Positions 59,988 through 64,000 of a stretch of DNA of 64,000 nt are shown in pieces (positions within the stretch are counted from its first letter, which is position 1; the number at the start of each line of letters is the position of its first letter). This DNA is from Nemertoderma westbladi (taxonomy: Eukaryota > Animalia > Xenacoelomorpha): assembly GCA_032718475.1 (NCBI GenBank), contig JAUCBJ010004969.1:1-64000 (forward strand), written 5' to 3'. The position numbers and the translations under genes were made by a program. A model generated the notes under the pieces. That model was not told the DNA's origin and did no database searches. It saw nothing but the letters and a program-made list of their open reading frames with translations.

Positions 59988-62876
59988 GAAATCCAAAGAC
60001 CACGTCGGAATGTTTTACGAGTTAGTAAAGTTTGTGCCATTTATTTTAGGGTTATTAAAAACAAATACAGCGACGCAGTTATACAGTGCCGGGTTAATTA
60101 AAACCTCGGGGGTCCAATTGTTTATTACAACGCTTTTGGTGGATGTAAGCTGCTGGTACCATCCGGTGTACTATAAAACACCCGATTTCGGAACGTCAAG
60201 CATCCACCAAACGCGACACACGCACATCATAAAATGTGTTCCTATGAGGCGCAAATAGAATTAATAAACATAAAACTTTTATCAGCCGTTTCTCATCATT
60301 TGTTTGTGTCAACAATTTGAGATAAAAATGTATTTTTAAACTGCATTATATGTATAGGCTAATTCGTGTGAAAAAGCTAGACAACCGACATCCATATAGG
60401 GAGAACCATTATTAAAACTCTAATTCAAGCTAATCCTTATATATTGAGGGAAAGGAACAGGTTACATTACTGTGGACTGATTCCAACCAAATCAAGCAGG
60501 TTACAGTTTCATATTTGTCGCTGTCGGTTGTGGCCGTCGGTGTAGCGATTACACTCGGCTAATTTATAAATCCTACACTAACAAACCAACAAACATAATG
60601 AATTAGCTGTTGTTTGGATATTTATAATCACTATAGGCCTACACGATAAAGCTCCATTATGTTTTCAAACCGGTACCGGTATGCCAGATGTTCGTTTTTC
60701 CAAATATCTTTTGTAAAATTAAACTTTGCGCAAAATTCTGCACGGTTAGTCAAAAGGTTTCAATTATGTGGAGAGGAAGACACGTTTTGTTATTCTAAAT
60801 GGAGGCAGGTGGAACTACTGTATTATTGTATGACTCCAGTCTGTGTGTGTTAGGTTGCACCAATTGTTATACTGTGTTATTTTACGGACCAAGTTAGTTC
60901 TGAACAACACATAGCTCTTGTGTGACATCAATAATTCCAAATTCAACTTGGAAAAATGCATAATTTTTTCTACACAACACATCTCCTTAAAAAAATAAAC
61001 AATCCGACAATGTTTAAACTACAGATAACAGATACGGATTGTGTGATAAATATTGTTCTGAACTAACAGTGGGCCCTAAGCTATGGAGTATTGAGTTTAG
61101 GGGTTTAATTAATGCAATATTTACGATTTTTCGGTTCGATTCCAGCCAAAGAGGGTTATAAAATCACCAGAGATTACATTGTTATCTTCTTTTTTGTTTA
61201 CAAAGTTCGTGTAATAGAAATTGCACATTATACTACTACTTCAACTACCATACACACTGTGGTACAATAATACAGTAGGTTGTGGTGGAACAAATCAAAG
61301 TGGTTGGTTTGTTTAGCCAATAATAAAGTCGGTTTGAGGACTTTAATGTGCGAACTCAAAATCGCTATTATGATTTTATTGTACGTGATACTCATTACTT
61401 AATTAAACATACAGTCCCCCCACTTCCAACTTGTATCTATAATATTTTACTTTAATAACCCCAATTTGTATCGGAAGGAAATACAAGACATCGCCAATCG
61501 AATTGTAAAAATATTTTTTTTCACGGAGTAGTGAAGAGACTATCGTATTGAAAAATATATAGTCAGCCATAAGCAACTTACTGTCACTAAGTCAATAGAA
61601 TAGGTTACAATTTAATGTATTTACGTCGATTTTCTCCTGAAGAGGTATGTCTATACTGTAGTCCCCCCTGTACACTGTCCCCCCTTTCCCCACTGTACAG
61701 ATATATGCAACTATATAAATGTTAATTTTACAATCAAATATCTGCTACAAATAATTCCATGTACAATTGACAACTGATTCTGTGAGAGTGAAAATGAAAC
61801 GTTATCGAACCGAATTCATTTTGAAACTATGTAAATCAGCAGATGCGAATAAGGACTAGGAATAAGGAACAGCATAACGAATTATGTTATATGAATAAGG
61901 ACTAGAGCATAACGAACGAATTATGTTATATGAATAAGAATATGTCCGTTTCCGGGCCGGAAACTGGCATTCTTTGTTTTGGTTTACGAGGCGTCAATAT
62001 GTCTACGTGAATGCGAACTATATGGTTGTAGTCTCTATGTGATTGTTAATACCTGGTTCGACCCCCCGAAATACCCATTGAAGCGTGTAATTTCTATTTT
62101 GTGAAATATTTTTATTTAGCTAAGGATTTATAACCCTAACAGCGAATTTACTGCCGTTGCAAAAATAAAATCAGGTGTCTACGTGAATAATTCACCGTTA
62201 CAAAGGATAATGCAGTGCTATTTTTTCTCAGATGGAGATTAGAGGGTTGTAATTAGTTCTAAGTAGATTGATTGTGCGGTACCATATTGTACGGTGCCTA
62301 TAAGAGCCTTAAATATGCTTACTATAGCAGACTGCATAACCTAGAGTGATCAGATAATGTAATGTTCTATTAATGAATTCCCTCTCCCCAGACCATTAAC
62401 TGTATAATAACTAGCCTATCATATTGGCACTAAAATAAACCCTAAATTGTTTTCGAACACAAGTGGCTGGAATGGCGGCGTCACATGGAATACATAATCG
62501 GTGGAGAATCGCGAATTTTGTTAGATTATTTTCGCATTTCGAACTTAATATACATTACATTCCCGGTAGGCCACTATAACAAACATTTTCAGACTATTGT
62601 TACTGAAGTCCCGGTTGGATAACGTAATCGTAGTGAAAAAAAATATAACTTGCGAGAATGAAAAAAAAATGACTTAATTTGATTTTGCGGGACTTTACGA
62701 CTTATTACTTATGATATTACTGATGTAATAAATCGAAACGCTCCGCATAATTAAATTATGGCATTTTTTCATTCGTGCAATAGTTATAATAATTTTACAA
62801 AGACTAGTGTTCTTTCGCTACAATTTATTACTTTCAGACGAATTTTCCCAAATATTCAGTAAACAATTATTTTCAG

Positions 62877-63035
62877 GCGAATGTTCCCAACAATTCGCTA
62901 TACAATTACCGGAATGGATTCCGACGCGAACTACATACTTCTAATGGATTTGGCGCCAATAGACGACTGTCGATACAAATTCCATAACAGCCGCTGGGTG
63001 GTGTCAGGAAAAGCAGAGCCAAGACTCCCTGGACG
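62877..63035 (+). CDS. T-box transcription factor internal exon, Tbx2/3-like (possibly divergent)
   Basis: tttcAG|G...CG|GTGAG, 159 bp, phase 2 at both ends. Encodes [52 protein letters not shown]; [12 protein letters not shown] is characteristic of Tbx2/3. Not in the ORF track. Confidence 0.92.
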
Positions 63036-63161
63036 GTGAGCAACAACTAGATTTAAGGGAAAGCCATAGGGATGGCGGGGGGTCATCAGACGGATGAATA
63101 TAGACCATATACTGTACGTATTTAATAAAATACGCTGGTGATCCGATGTCCTTCTCGTTAA

Positions 63162-64000
63162 CCCTATTAAACCCGGGGGGGGGTCAATATGACCCCCCCC
63201 GTGGTTTTTTTATTATAATTCTGAAACAAACGCAGTTGGGAATCTGAAACTTTATGACTTTTCCTAAAAATCTATTGTCTTCCTAGTAGTGAAAACCGTT
63301 TTCAAAAATATTAGGTACTTTTCGAGTTATAGCACCATTTTTTAACCCTACTTTTGGCACTTTTTTTGAGACGTTTTTTGAAAATTACATTTCATTAAAT
63401 ATGAATTGTAACATCTCTATTTTTGATTTACACCGGTTTTTTGGTGTTAGAAATTGGATGGAATTCATATAAATTGATTTAGAAATTTCAAACTTGTTTT
63501 TTTCGGTGGGTGCCAAATTTTGGTGCCAGCACCAAATTTTGAAATATGTCAATTTTGTAAATTGATTGTTTGAAACTTGTTTTTTACGCAATTGGGGTTT
63601 TTTGCGGTTCTGGATTCGATGAAATATACACGAGTTGCACCAAGCGTATCAAACTTGTATTTTTCGGTGCTGTGTGCAAATTTTGGTGCTAGCACGAAAT
63701 TTTGAAAATCCATTCAATAGATAAAATTGCTTGTGACAATTTATTTCTTGCGTTTTAGAGGTTTATGGCTGTTCTGAATTCAATGGAATATATAATTATC
63801 GAACTAAACATCTCAAACTTGTATTTTTCGGATGTGGGTGCAAAATGTGGTGCTAGCACCAAATTTTGAAAACCATCAAATATATCAATTGATTGTGTCA
63901 CCTTGTTTCTTGCGTTATACGGGTTTGTGATGGTTCTGAATTTAATGGAATCAGTAAAAATTTCATAAGAGTCCTCAAACTTGTATTTTTCGCCGGTGGG
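63162..64000. mobile_element. piggyBac-like non-autonomous element in the T-box intron (runs off window)
   Basis: TTAA followed by CCCT, a GGGGTCAATATGACCCC hairpin and ~160-bp internal repeats. Only one end is visible. Confidence 0.5.

Noticed and set aside
59269-60040. 241-244 aa repeat-protein ORFs
   Set aside because: These are by-products of a stop-free 27-bp minisatellite.

Overview
Repeat-dense, AT-rich animal (probably invertebrate) genomic window made almost entirely of nested transposable elements. The only convincing host gene piece is a T-box exon (Tbx2/3-like) at 62877-63035. The centrepiece is a ~16 kb BEL/Pao LTR retrotransposon (~4245-20160). It has a ~2.6 kb leader and a ~2900-codon gag-pol frame broken by three TGA stops and one deletion. 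It also has a large third ORF that is not env-like: a WRN/EXD/Mut-7-type DEDDy 3'-5' exonuclease followed by three CCHC-like zinc knuckles. A 20-bp near-palindrome, GGAAGGCT(T/C)GCGAGCCTACC, occurs nine times across gag, pol, the intergenic spacer and ORF3, in three different reading registers. This ties ORF3 to the element and points to a nucleic-acid-level signal. Also present: Gypsy, further BEL, RTE, CRE and CR1/L2 fragments, Polinton/Maverick relics, MITEs, a ~10 kb foldback-like inverted repeat, satellites, a Penelope-type minimal hammerhead ribozyme and two diverged OB-fold-like genes. All family calls come from motif recognition by eye; no database search was run.
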